From Felis catus (Eukaryota), in NCBI RefSeq assembly GCF_018350175.1, contig NC_058383.1, positions 13,208,001 to 13,272,000 on the forward strand: a DNA stretch of 64,000 nt, in the 5' to 3' direction. Position numbers and translations under genes: made by a program. This document shows, one piece after another, positions 13,066 through 25,942 of this stretch (position 1 is the stretch's first letter; each line of letters starts with the position of its first letter). Below the pieces are notes generated by a model. It was not told where the DNA came from and searched no databases. It saw only the letters and a list, made by a program, of their open reading frames with translations.

Positions 13066-13156
13066 TTTCTCTATGCATACTTTTTGTCATATTCTCAAGT
13101 AGATGTCTGCCTGTCTCTCTCTCTGCAAAGTGGTATTTTCTCTCTCTTTTTTCTTC

Positions 13157-13364
13157 TAAATTTTTTTTTTTTTTTACATTTATTTATTTTTGGGAGACAG
13201 AGAACGAGCCAGGGAAGGGCAGAGAGAGAAGGAGACACAGAATCTGATGCAGGCTTCAGGCTCTGAGCTGTCAGCACAGGGCCTGATGCAGGGCTTGAAC
13301 CACGAACCATGAGATACCTGAGCTGAAGTCGGATGCTCAGTCAGCTGAGCCACCCAGGCACCGC
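13157..13364 (-). mobile_element. Feline Can-SINE (moderately diverged)
   Basis: T-tail, gagagagaaggagacacagaatctga, ends ctgagccacccaggcaccgc. Confidence 0.95.
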
Positions 13365-16300
13365 TGTCTCTTTTTCTGAAGTATACTTACCATGACCTAT
13401 TTCCCCTTTTCAGGATATTTGTAGACTTGAGCTGCCTATTATTTTTTGAGCTCCTTATGTGTAGAGATTGTGTTTTATTCAAATTTGTATCATGGCACAT
13501 TGGTAAGAGCTCAATAAATACTTGTTGAATTGGATTATATCAAAAAGATGCTTCAGCTGAAATACTATAGTAACTTCCATCTGCTTTATGAATGCCAATA
13601 TTCTGAGAAAGTAGTGTAATTCTAAACAGGAGGTTTTAAGCCTTAAAAATAAAATGATTTTTTTTTTGTCATTGTCATACCGGTGTTCTCACACTCAAGT
13701 ATGCTATAGTGATTAACAATTCAGAATTAAAATAATCAGACATGAATCTGAATCAGAGATTGCAAACTGCCTTTGTCTGGAACCAGAAGTCTAGTTAAGT
13801 TTCCAGTAAAACTTAATTTACAAAAGCAGGTGGACTGTATGTAACTTGCCAGCCCCTCACCTGTGTCATCAACCGTGCACACCGCTCATTGTTTTGGAAC
13901 GCCTTGGGCTGCATTCGTCTGTTTGTTTCCCCATCGGGTATAAGGACACCTTTTCCAGAAGACCTCAGCAGACTACCCGTGGTTTGTGGCCCCAAGCTAA
14001 ATTATAGTCTCATACTTAAACCACTCTCTGACAGTGCAGTGGAGCCACTGTGATTGTCCCAGACACACGAGGCCTCGTGTGTTTGGGGATGGGTTCTGCC
14101 TGACTGCATTGTGTGGCCATGTTGATGAAGGTGTGTGCTTTTGAAGTAAGAACCATTGAATTGTACATTGCGTGTCACCTCCTCTTACACTGTCACAGTA
14201 AAGACTCTTAACAAGTGTGAGGTTCCTTTGTTAATATCCACATTTGTTCTAAATGATTATTCTTACAAATGGATGTGTATTAAGGAATATAGTGACTTTG
14301 GATGAGCAGACCTGATTTCCACTGTGAAGCTTACAGCTTTCCTTATGCCTTTGAGGCTGCTCATTTTGGTACCCACAGATAGGCAAAATAGAGACAGTCG
14401 CTGTCTTCCCACGTGGCATAGTTTCCCATGTACCCTTCTCCTACTTTAGAAGAGGAGACCAATCACTGAGAAGTGAATAAGGCCTAGCCCCTCTCCTGCT
14501 TGACAAGGCCAAGGGGATGGGCCTCCTAGTATTTGTCAAAAACTGTGCATTTGACCACTTTGCTGCCCAGCTTGTTATGCCAAGAACTCTAGTATATAAT
14601 GTTGAAATGTTTTGAGTTTCTAAATTAGACTTGGATCCTTTTGGTCTCCCTTTAGAATGTTTCGACAGTCCTTTGGTTATGATAGCGGGACCTCTCAGGG
14701 GTCTTGGACTGAGCCGATTGTCCTAGGCCTGTCTGGTAGAAAGGGATCCCGGTACTGCCTGTCTGAGACTACATTGTTGTCCTGGGTTGTCTGGGACTGT
14801 GATACAAATGGCCTTATTGTTTTCCTGCCTGGCTTTGCTGCAGTGTAAAACTATCCTGTAACGACTACAAAATGCCTTTCTTTTACTTGCTGAAAGATTT
14901 TAAGACAGAAAGAAAGAAAGAAAGGGAGAGAGGACTGTGAGGGAAAAGAAACCATTAACATGACATGCTTCCTGTCCTTGTCCAGCCAGAGTCTCACCTG
15001 GGATGACTGTATTCCCGTTGGCGGATTGCGAGGGCATTTGAGAAGGCCTTCCCCCTGGCCGTATCTCAGTTTACACTCTATAAAATTGGATTAGACAATG
15101 TTAATTCAATTAATGACTGTACTGAAAGCTTGTCTTAGTGTGCAGTGAAAACAGTAGGGCAGCCTCTAATAATCTATGGATTTAATGACTGCAACTTTGA
15201 AGAGGGTTAAGCTAAAGTGAAGTTCAGAATGGCTTGTTAACTGGGTCTATTAGCTGTTGACCTTCCCTTTCAGCATAATAGTAGCAGTCAGACTGAAGAG
15301 AGCGCTGGCGTCCTGATTAACATTTATCTAAAGATAGGCTGCTGCCTGTTCCACAGTAAATTAGTTCAATCAGCCATAAAGAGCTTGAGCAACATTTTCT
15401 GCTTTATAAGAAGAATTAGATGTTAGAACAGTTCATCTGGCATAGTGCATTGAAGATGGATTGAGCCCCTGAACGTGCTCATTTGAGGAAGGCGCTTTGA
15501 GGATATTGAGTAATTGAACAGATTTTCCCACAAGATTGATCAGGGGCCCTGGATTCCCTGTACAGGAGGAATGCCCTAATTTTTGCCTTCTAACAAGAGC
15601 ACCACATCTGCTCCCATTTCTGTGTATTCATTTGGTGAAACTGAAAACCCATTTCTTCAACACGTACTATGCACTGTGTATCCCTTCAGAAATGAAGGGA
15701 GCAGAGTCTGCTGCTCACAGAGAATCTGTGATTTGAGGGAGAAGAAGAGAGCTAAGACTTCAAAAACATCACCCCCATTCCTACCAAAGTAGGATAACTG
15801 GAGAGGAGGAATTGGGTAATGATAGCTGCCACTTTCTGTATAGAGATCCTCTTACAAAGAAAAGCATATTTTCCCAAAGAAACAGTAAGGTGGTTGGTGT
15901 GGGCCGTGGGGGGGGGGGGGGGGTAGCACTTCTGCCAAAGGCCTTGGCATCAACTAAGCTCTTCTCATAGTGGGTCATAAAAGCAAAGAGGCAAAAATTA
16001 TAAACCTTTCTAATCATTTATAATCTTAAATTATGATCCAGGTTCTTAAAAAAAGGCATAAATGTACTGTACAATTGATTTTTATGAGGTGCCCCAATGT
16101 ACTATAAAGTATACGTAGAGCATATAAAATTCTAACTCTGCTGTATCATAAATTTGACCTCACTGAAATGAATGGGCTCACTATATGGCAAACACTAATG
16201 AAACATTTAATTAACAGTCCCTCCACTTGTCTTTTAAGAATTTGGAAGGGCTTTCTGGGGACTGTTTTGGTGACTGAGGTTTTCACAAAACAAAACAGTA

Positions 16301-16771
16301 AGACCTTTGCATGAAAACTAGTATTTTTTCTTTCAGTAAGTGTTTCAATAGAGACATTTACTTTAATTATCCTGGTGAACCTGAATCTGCATTTTGTAGC
16401 CAAACCTGTGATTATCCTTTTAACAAAAAGCTATTGATAGAGTTAAATATGTGATGGCCTTGTTAAGGCTTCCTGTTGACCCTTCTGGGCACTGTGCACA
16501 CACTCGTCACACGTGTCCTTGCAGTTCCCGTGCACCAAAGCCATGGGGTACTTTGTGAGGGACAGAGGGACAGTGTTGGAATCTTGCTTGTGAGCAGGTG
16601 CTGAGGCTCTGGGCTTCAGGTCCTTTGAAGGACCACGTAACAGACTCTCCTGTCTAGCCATCCGTGTCGTGACTCTTGGGTTACTTTACCGTCCACTCTA
16701 GGAAAAGTCGTCAGGTGGACACAGCTGAATGAGCAGATGAAGGCAGCTTAAAAAGCAAAACACAAAAAAGC

Positions 16772-17130
16772 TGAAAACAGTATGCTGGGGGAAAGAAGCC
16801 AGTCACAAAAGACCACATATTGTAGGATTCCATTTGTATGAAACGTCCAGAAGAGGCAAATCCATAGAGGTGGAAGGTAGACTAGTGGTCACCAGGGCTT
16901 CAGGAGATGGTAGGGGGCTTGGAGGGAGTAACTGTTAGTGGGGACAGGGTTTTGTTTATTTGTTTGTTTCTTTGTTTCTTTATTTCTTTTGGTGTGATGA
17001 AAATGTTCTGAAATCAGGTTGTAATAATGGTTGCACAAGTATCTGAATATGCTAAAAAGCACTGAGTTGTGCCCCTTAAGTGAATGAATTGCATGCAGAT
17101 TATGTCTCAGTAAAGGTATTATTTAAAAAA
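16772..17130 (+). mobile_element. L1 3'-end fragment (L1MB7/8-like)
   Basis: gaaagaagccagtcacaaaagaccacatattgtaggattccattt...ggtgtgatgaaaatgttctgaaat...ctcagtaaag plus A-rich end. Confidence 0.85.
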
Positions 17131-19119
17131 TAGACACTAAATTTCATTTAAATAGTTCGGACCAAAAGAGAAAAGGTTTTAAGCGGTGAACATCCCTAGT
17201 CATGTGTGCATGTGTATGTTTGTGTAACTATATAACGTGTATGACTCACATACGGGCCCAGTTGTGCTATAGTTACAGTGTGTGCACTAACTGTAGAGAA
17301 AGAGGAAGGAAGGACCTTGTAAATGAGAGAATGCCATGCATGGGGGACCAGTGGGAGCAAGGTCTGTGTGGCTGTAGGGTGCCAAATGTGGTTGGAGCTG
17401 TGAGTACCTGGAGAGATTGGCAAATATCCAGTATTGGTAGAGAGAAGGATAGCCCAAGGTGAGAGAATTTGAGGAAGCAGGGAATATTATAGAGGGAATA
17501 TGAATTCTTTTAGCTGTGGTTAAAAATCCGATGTGTGCAAAGTGCAAAAATGGAAAAAAATGAAAGCAAAACAAAAACAATCCTTTAGATTACATGTGGA
17601 AGAGGTTATCGGTGTCTTAGGGCCATCATGATGGAGAACAGAGGCACATTACAAAAGACAAATGTAGAATATCTTTCACCTGTTTGATGCCTACTTAGTG
17701 CCTTTCTGAACATCCACTGCTGTATGAGATGTAACATTCCTGGAGAGGCACTAGGTGAGGGATTGGGAAAGCTGGTTTATGATGCTAACTCTGTCTCTTA
17801 GTGTGTTACACTATGCAAGTAATTATTTTTGTGAACCTTTATTTCTCCCTTCCTTTGTCTTCTTACCGGGAGAGGATTGCACAAGGATCAAATGAGATAA
17901 CGTATACCTATTGCATTGGACTTAATAGGAATGTAACAAACAAGTGTGGAATGGAGGAAGGAATCAAGAAAAGAAAATGCTTAGTAAATTGTAGAATGAT
18001 AAGCAAGAGAATGGACTTGACTGCCTTATTCTTCTGGCCAAGTTTGTGAAGGTTCTGAGAGCAGTGAGAATTATTACACAGTACCATTGATGTTCATGGA
18101 TATTATTGGCATGTCTGGAGCCCGGTACCTGGTGACAGTTTTGGCAGTGTTAACAACTGGCAGGATTGCCAATAGAAATCAAGCTCACGGATGGATGGAT
18201 TTGCCTCCTTGTTATGACCAAACTCTCTGCTCACATTGCCAGCAGGAACAAATACTGGTTGTCACTCCTGTCCTGAGTATAAGAGCCATACTCGTAACAG
18301 TTCTGCTTTTGATGAAGCGTTGGATACATTGGCATTAGGTTTGAAGCGTTGTCTCGGTAGAAGGAACTGCTGTTATCTGTGGCACTGACCAGTCCTCTCC
18401 TCGGTGGAAAACAGGAAAACGGAACATGAGAATCTCAATGCCTATTTTGTGCCACCCACTAAAAAATTGGAAACCCATGTAGAACACTTTTGCGGATGGG
18501 AGCTGGAGGCCTTCTGTGAGGCTTTCCGCTGCGTGTGCGGGCTGTGTGTCATCCAGGTCCCTCAAGGGTTGGGTCCGATGAGGCAAGTGACTTACCTAAG
18601 CTTCCGTTTCCTCATCTGTGGGTGGAGGAAGTGGTGGCCTTGGCCCTGTGGTTGTGGGGGGTTTGGGAACACATAACAATGATTGCACAGAATGCACTGC
18701 TTTTTTGGGGGCTCTTGGGTCAGTGGGGCCTGAAAGGGAGAAATGGAGACTCTGAAGCATTGATATTTGTGTTTGTCTGTCTTGGTTTTATCTAGACTCA
18801 CTTTATTGTATCTTCTTGAGGAGTTTTAAGACCATTATGACTTCTGTTCCCAAAAGTTATATGGACTCTTGTATAAACAGCACGAAATTAGGCGTAAGAA
18901 ACTTGGATTTTGGTATTAGCACTGGGACCTGAATTCACTGAGGCCCCCTCTCGTCATGAACGGAGGAACTTGTCCTTGATTCCTTCCATTTCCAAGATTA
19001 TATGACCAGACAGTATTCATTACAGTTTCTTCTTATTCTTCCTCATTTCCTCTTAACACATTCCTGTCTTTCATCTCTGACCTTCCTTCACCCATCTCCT
19101 GTAATTCTTCTTCTGCCTA

Positions 19120-19640
19120 TCTCTTCATGCATCTGAAAAGCTGTCATAGCGTGCGTAGTATGAGGCGGACCATTTGTTAGGAGATGGCTATACGCTGCCG
19201 GAAAATATCAACGTGGTTCCTGTACTACTGTAGTGGGCACTTTAGTGTGGGGGAAGCACAGATAACACAAATGAGTTACAAAATATGAGTGCTATTACAG
19301 AAAAGGAGAGACTTCTGTGGGTGCAGGGGTACCTGACCCAGTTTAAGTGATTTTTTCAAAACAAATTTCCAAGTGCTAGAGGCCCCAGCTCGGGGTGGTT
19401 TGAGAAAAACAGCGGTATGACGGATGGAGAAAGGCCCAAGGCAGGAACAGAATAAGCCACTTACCAGGACGTGGAAGGGCAGAGTGACTAGGGGTGCAGG
19501 AGGTTGGAGTAAAGGTGAAACTAATAAAAGTGAGACTGATAGGAAGGCATGCCAAATTTGGGGCCAGTTTCAAGATTCTGCATTTCCATTTTAGTGCAGT
19601 GGAAAGCCTGTGATGAATTTTCAGTAATAACAAGATGGGA
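19120..19640 (-). mobile_element. L2 LINE fragment
   Basis: Degraded antisense L2 pattern (acgtggttcctg...ccattttagtgcagtggaaagcctgtgatgaattttcag). Confidence 0.5.
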
Positions 19641-20376
19641 CTCTTACTTTAACTTGGCTGGAACAATTAAAAGCTTCTTTAAAAAAAAAAAAAAAGTGTT
19701 GATTTTCCATTAATCCGAACTCAAGACAAAATAGTATGCTGTGCCTAAAGTGAATACGATTTTAGGCTGGCAGAGGCTATCCTGTGGTCCAAGTTGGCAC
19801 ATTAATACTGTGCTTCCAACAGAGAAGTCTTGGTTTTTGAGAGTTTTCTGCTATATCTTCCTCCTCTTTTTGCCGCACTCTGACCCCCGCCATCTCTTCT
19901 CTCTGCTTTGGCTCACCTCTTCTCAGCGATATATTGGTTCCTAAAATGCACAAGAACAACACTAATAGCTGTAGGTAGACTTTCAGAGAGGGGATGTGCC
20001 TTTGGCCTGTGGGTCTGTGAATCCAGAGGGCTGGGGATTGCAGATGGCTTGCAGAGAGGGAGCCGGCCGTGGTATTCGGGAGGAATGCCTCTTCCAGCAA
20101 AAATTCCACATCCAGTCAGCAAAACTGATGTCACTGGTGCCAGTAGGTATAGACTCTGACTGAGCTGACATAAATCAGAACATTGCTGATAATTCTTGTT
20201 TAGATCATTTAATCACCCTTACCAAGTGTGTTCTTTCTAGGTGACACTTAGGTTGACAGTTGGTGGGGTTGCAGGGGGACAAAGGATATAAAAGGCTGTT
20301 TCCCTGTAAGACCTTAACCTAACTGGGCAAAATGACCTTTGGAAGGTTGTCCTGGTAAATATTTAACAGGATTTTT

Positions 20377-20584
20377 TTTTTCAACATTTATTTATTTTTG
20401 GGACAGAGAGAGACAGAGCATGAACGGGGGAGGGGCAGAGAGAGAGGGAGACACAGAATCAGAAACAGGCTCCAGGCTCCGAGCCATCAGCCCAGAGCCT
20501 GACGCGGGGCTCAAACTCACGGACCGCAAGATCGTGACCTGGCTGAAGTCGGACGCTTAACCGACTGCGCCACCCAGGCGCCCC
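20377..20584 (-). mobile_element. Young feline Can-SINE (GGCGCAG / CAGCCAGG variant)
   Basis: Ends gactgcgccacccaggcgcccc; perfect 16-bp TSD ATTTAACAGGATTTTT at 20361-20376 and 20585-20600. Confidence 0.97.
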
Positions 20585-20662
20585 ATTTAACAGGATTTTT
20601 AAAAATCACGTTCAAAATCATTGTGAAGACCTCATAGAATCTGCCTTAGAACTTTGGTTTTC

Positions 20663-20857
20663 AGGGCACCTTGGTGGCTCAGTCAGTTAAGCGTCCGACT
20701 CTTGATTTCAACTTAGGTCATGATTTCACAGTTCTTGAGTTTGAGCCCTACGTCTGGCTCTGTACTGACAGTGCAGAGCCTGCTTGGGATTCTCTGTCTC
20801 CTTCTCTCTCTGCCCCTCTCCCCGCCTCTCTCAAAATAAATAAACTTAAAAAAAAAA
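20663..20857 (+). mobile_element. Older Can-SINE
   Basis: agggcaccttggtggctcagtcagttaagcgtccgactcttgattt head, (CT)n, aaaataaataaac A-tail; degraded TSD agaactttggttttc/ggaacattgtttttc. Confidence 0.93.
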
Positions 20858-21161
20858 GGAACATTGTTTTTCAGAGTGTGGTTCATGAACTTTTGTTAAT
20901 GGTTCCTGGTTGTTACCTGTTTTTGTTTGTTTGTTTGTTTGTTTTTTGGGTTTTTTTTTTTTTTTTTTTTTTTTGGCAAGATTGACTTGGTGATGGAAGC
21001 AGTGTGCTGTTTTAGGGCCTGGGATCAAGAAGGGAGGTTGTGTCTAGACTCTTTGACTCTGACCAGAGGTAGTGAAAGGAAGATGGACCAGAAGTCCAGG
21101 TCATCCTAGGACCTGAGGTTGCTGTGGCAGAATGGCACACATGGTTAAAACCCAGGAGCTA

Positions 21162-21486
21162 TCCAGTTATGGAATAAGTAAATTAGAGATGTCATGTGCA
21201 GCATGATCACTGTGGAGAACGCTTCCCTATGATACACAGGAAAGCTGTTAAGAGAGAAAATCCTCAGCATTCCCATCACAAGGAGACATCTTTTTTCCTT
21301 CTTTCTTCATACGGTATTGATAGGAGATGATGGATGTTAGCCGAACTTAGTGGGACAATCACTTCACGATATATGCAAATCAAAACATCACGCTGTATAC
21401 CTCACACTTACTTGTACAGTGATGTATGTCAATTATTTCTCAGTAAAACTTGGGGGAAAAACAAACAACAACAACAAAAAGAAACA
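21162..21486 (+). mobile_element. 5'-truncated L1 3' UTR fragment
   Basis: ccagttatggaataagtaa...gtatgtcaattatttctcagtaaaacttggggg plus A-rich tail; degraded TSD aaaacccaggagcta/aaaactcaagaacta. Confidence 0.8.
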
Positions 21487-21939
21487 AAAACTCAAGAACT
21501 AGCATAAGCACCATGCAGTCTTTGGAGCACCGTCTGTGGCCTCCCGAGTAGGTCCTCCTGCCACAGCTCTTGCCCCAAGTGGTAAGATGGTTGGCAGAGA
21601 GGACTCACAGATGCCCTTTCCCTTCCCCTCATCTTGAGTAGCGGCCGGACCAAAGGGGTAGAAAAGGAAGTGACTGTTGGAGATGAAGCCAGGGCAGCCT
21701 GTGTGAAGGTAGGGCAGGAAGATGATGCCCTCAGCTCTACCTGATATGTCAGAACTTACTGGTTTCCCTTCAGAGCTGGCAAGGACCACCAGGCTCGCCA
21801 CAGCCTCAGCCCTCGAGCTGCCAGCATTCCACCATTGTTACCTTCCTTCTCTGGCCAAGCGTTCCTTTACAGATTGTCAACTGGAGGCTCGAGACTTTTC
21901 TTTTACCCAAATTGGGACCATCTGGAGGCAGAGGCATTT

Positions 21940-22150
21940 CATGTAATGGCTGAAAGCAGGCATCGAGTTAGACAGTGTGGGTCTGAACCCTGCTTTACCA
22001 CTTCCTGGCCGTGTCTCCACTTTCTCATCTGTTAAATGAAGATAACAGTGTTCACTTCTTGGTGTTATTATAGAATTAAATAATATATTGCCTATAAAAC
22101 CTTGAGAACAAAGCCTGGCAGATATTAAGCACCTAATAAATGTTAGCTCT
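21940..22150 (+). mobile_element. MIR SINE
   Basis: gagttagacagtgtgggtctgaacc...ttctcatctgttaaatgaagataa...gcacctaataaatgttagct. Confidence 0.75.
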
Positions 22151-22919
22151 TAAAAATATATAGAGTAAGACTTTTGCTTTCAAGAACTTAATCTATAAAC
22201 ATCCTTTAATACTTTCCCCCACTTTTACACCTTGATTTCATTTGAACTAGAGCCAAGTTGAAGAGCAGTGAGAGATGGAACTGAGAAAGCAGAGCTGAGA
22301 CAGTTGATAGAGAGCTTCTTTAGGAAGGTTGTATCCTGAACAATGCTCCCTGAAGGAACTGGTTCTGACAGGTGGGTGAGGAATGGCTGCTGATGCAGAG
22401 AGTGGAGATGTCATTGATAAACCAGGGGGCTCTCGTAGTAATCAGGGGAGTTACCTGTGGCATAGCGTCCCTTCATCCGGAAACCAGGTGCTACCATGTA
22501 GCTGCCCTCTTGAACCCATCCTTTCAGCATTTCACTGTTTACAAATGATGGAGTAATGAGAATGTATCTTATTTCCCCATAATTTTTTGGTTTCCAAAGA
22601 GAGAACTTTGAAACTCTGATACACACATCCACAAGAGTTGCTGCCCACATATTTCCAAAAATGGATCTCCTGAGTCAGGCGTAAGTGGTCATATGCAGAG
22701 AAAATAGAACCTATGATTTATGCCTATGCCCTCTCTTACCAGACACTGTTACCTAATTGTGCACATCCAGTCAAGCTTTTATTTTTAGTTGGTTCTTTTC
22801 ATTATATTGATTAAATGGTGAAGAACGAAACATCTCACTTCTGGGAGACAGTTGCATGGGTGCGTGTTGACAATAAAAAGTTTGCCACCGCTTGGATATA
22901 AATGGCTTTGCTTTAGAAG

Positions 22920-23160
22920 TCACGTGGTATAGAGCTGAAGCCATAGGCTTTGCTGTCAGATGGACCCAGTCCATTCAAGCTTTGCTTCTTAATAGCTGTG
23001 TGACCCTGGGAAGGTTATATTACTTCTCTGAGCCTTGGGTTTCTTATTTATTTCTTACTTCTTACATGCCTTGTAAGATTATTATAAAAATTGGTAATAA
23101 TATATGGGAAGTCCCCCAGCACAGCGCCTGGCACCTTGTAAGCACTTTACCACTCGTACT
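22920..23160 (+). mobile_element. MIR SINE
   Basis: taatagctgtgtgaccctgggaagg...ttctctgagccttgggtttc...gcacagcgcctggcacc. Confidence 0.75.
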
Positions 23161-24054
23161 TTAGTGCCATCATTATTTACATCACCTTTATTTAACTTGG
23201 TTCTAGTAGAACTTAATTACAGAGAGAATCCATATTCCAAAAGTAAGTACTGAAATGATTTTTAAAAATTCACGACAGTGAAAATGCTTTAGATTAAGAG
23301 CTTCTGATTGTGGCTTCATTTTGATGATTAATTTTTAATAGTAAAATTATTTAGAGAGATTTTTCCCCGTCCCTACATATTTCATATAAACATCTTCAGA
23401 TTAATTTATTGTGCATTGTCCATGTGCATGATGTGAGAGAAGAGTCGATTATTTGAGGTATTGATTTGACTAATTCAATATAATAATTTACTAATTTCCA
23501 TTTACTGCATGGTAAGTGCCAAATGAAGTCTTGTTGGACACAGAGAAACATCCAGACGTCATTCCTTCTCCTGAGGAACTCACAGAACTTACTTGAATTT
23601 GGGGGTGGGGGCAGCATGTGATAGGGGTTTGCAGAGGAACAGACATCCAAACAGCATCTCTCCTCCTAAAGAATTCATAATAGAATTCATTTAAAATATT
23701 TTTTGATGGAGGGAAGGTAGTTTGCCTTGTGTTTTCCCATTTCTTTCCTTAATGCCTTTATGAAGACCTTTTGAAATCTAACCTTACGTTTAAAAATATA
23801 AAAGAGGGAAAAATATATTTAAAGCAGGAATTGGGGAGGGGTTTTCTTTTTAGGTTTTCAGCATTTAAAATTTCTTATACATGTTAAATATATTGGTGCT
23901 CCAAGCATGACCTTTTAAGAAATTCCTCACAAAAGCAAGAGGCTTTAGGAGGAAATAACATATATGGTCAAAGCAGCTTTGAACGTTGTATCTTTTGGAG
24001 CAGTTGGGAACTTTGTATATTAAAAGTGGTCTTACTTGATCCATGTGAATTGGA

Positions 24055-24762
24055 AACAGCCACACAAAAACCCGCATACTTGTATTTATTGTGTCTTTAT
24101 TCTTAATTATCAAAACTTCGAAGCAACCAAGGTGTTCTTCAGTAGATGAATGGATAAGTAAACTGTGGTATATCCAGACAATGGAATATTATTCAGTATT
24201 TAAAAAGAGAGAGAGAAAGAGAGAGAGAAGAAAAAGAAAGAAAAAAAAAAAGAGCTATCAAGCCATGAAAACACTTGGAGGAACCTGGCATGCATATTAC
24301 TAAGTGAAAGAAGCCAATCTGAGAGAAACTGTACACACCACCTGATTCCAACCATGTGACATTCTGGAAAGCCTGATCTTTTGGAGATCAATACAAAGAG
24401 ACAATGAAAAAGAGTAGTGGTTGCCAGAGGTTGGACGGTGAGAAGGATGAATAGAGGATTTTTTTAGGGCAGTGAAATGATTTTTTACAATACTACAATG
24501 GTAGCTACATGTCACTGTACATGTGTCAAAACCTAAAGAATGTGTAACGCTAAATATGAACCCTGATGTCAGTTAAGGATTTAGGGTGATAATGACGTGT
24601 CAGTGCAGGTTCATCTATTCTAATAAATGTTCCACCCTGGTGCAGGGTGTCCAGTGGGGGGAAATTGTGTGTCGGGGGAAATGGGAGATGGGTAGTTTGA
24701 ACTCAGTCTGCTGCAGAAGTTAAAACCACTCTAAAAGTAAGTTTATTAATTAAAAAAAAAAA
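24055..24762 (+). mobile_element. L1 3'-end fragment (L1MC1/2-like)
   Basis: gaatggataagtaaactgtggtatatccagacaatggaatattattca...ctatcaagccatgaaaa...ttactaagtgaaagaagccaatctga, ending in an A-tail. Confidence 0.88.
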
Positions 24763-25806
24763 GTCTTACTGCTTTGGAGCTCATGTAAACCATGTAAAGA
24801 CGGTGCTTGGTTAATTAATATACTTTCACTGTAGGTGTTGTTTGCTTTCCTCAAGTATGGTATATGATGTTTAAAACATGGATATTTAAGTAACATTCCT
24901 GTTACAAAGGAAGCACGTGTTTTTAAAAGGAGGTTTGCCTGGACTCTTAGGGCGCCCTGGCTTGGGAGTAGAGCTAGATTCTAATTCTTTATGCCGCCTG
25001 GAGTTTTGTGACCTTCGGACCATCCTAGAACTTCTGTGCCTAAATTCTCTAGAGGAATGCTCAGGAGAGGGATGTAGCATGCTTTTTTCCATAATCAGCC
25101 TTGTTGGGCTGGATGGGCCTGGTGGAGTGGGCATTTTTTGATGGAGGTGGAAAGACTCCAGGCAGCTGCCCGTCACCCTGGGTACCACTTCTGGGCACTG
25201 GACCAGTTGCTTTCACAGCTGCTAAGTGTGTGTGTCTGGAGGTAGAAGTGCACAAGATGAGATGATCTCAGCGGCTTTTTCCACCTCTACAATGATTTCA
25301 TTCAGTAGGTATCTATAATAAGTTGATTTTAAACACTGTGCATGTAGCATTTTTGATTAGCTTTTCTATTTTCTAAAGTGAGTAACCTGTGTGTTAGTAT
25401 AAAGTGATCACTGAGAAGGTAGGATAATTTCTCACTGGCCCCCACCCCCCAGCTTTATAAGGAATGGAATAATATAAATTAGTCTCCTCTAATGATAAAA
25501 CTGCAACAATTTTCGGGCAAAAGAAAAACAGGTTAGTAGCACCATCTACAGGCTACTGAAGAGGAAAACTTTCTGTGTGTCTCATAAATGCAAAGGATTT
25601 GTGGAAAGGGGGATTTAAAAAGTCTTATACTCCTTCTTTTAATTGTGTTATTTGTAAAATTTACTAATTTAAGTACTTTTTTTTCTTCTTCCCCACTCAT
25701 AAACCATTTCTCAGTATGTCCCCGTGTAGGCCGAAGCAGGAGAATATTGGCATGACTAGCTGTGTGTTTTCATTACGATCCCTGTTTTGTCCCCATGCTT
25801 ACATAT

Positions 25807-25807
<1 letters not shown>

Positions 25808-25855
<48 letters not shown>

Positions 25856-25942
25856 CCCCTCCCTCCCTCCCTCCCTCCCTTTCTCTCCCTTTCTCTCCCT
25901 TTCTCTCCCTTTCTCTCCCTCCCTCCCTCCCTCCCTCCCTCC
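25808..25942. repeat. Compound polypyrimidine repeat: (CT)n + (CCCT)n + (TTTCTCTCCC)n
   Basis: ~135 nt with no purines on the + strand. Confidence 0.97.

Larger units (their letters stand above)
12620..13535 (+). mobile_element. L2 LINE 3' fragment interrupted by a MIR and a Can-SINE
   Basis: L2-like ccccaccattgcctgggg...gacatttaagatcttt at the left; L2 terminus tggcacattggtaagagctcaataaatacttgttgaat at ~13490-13530. Confidence 0.55.

Noticed and set aside
22383..22556. 57-aa ORF with good Kozak context (MAADAESGDVIDKPGG...)
   Set aside because: No promoter, splice or homology support; expected by chance in 64 kb
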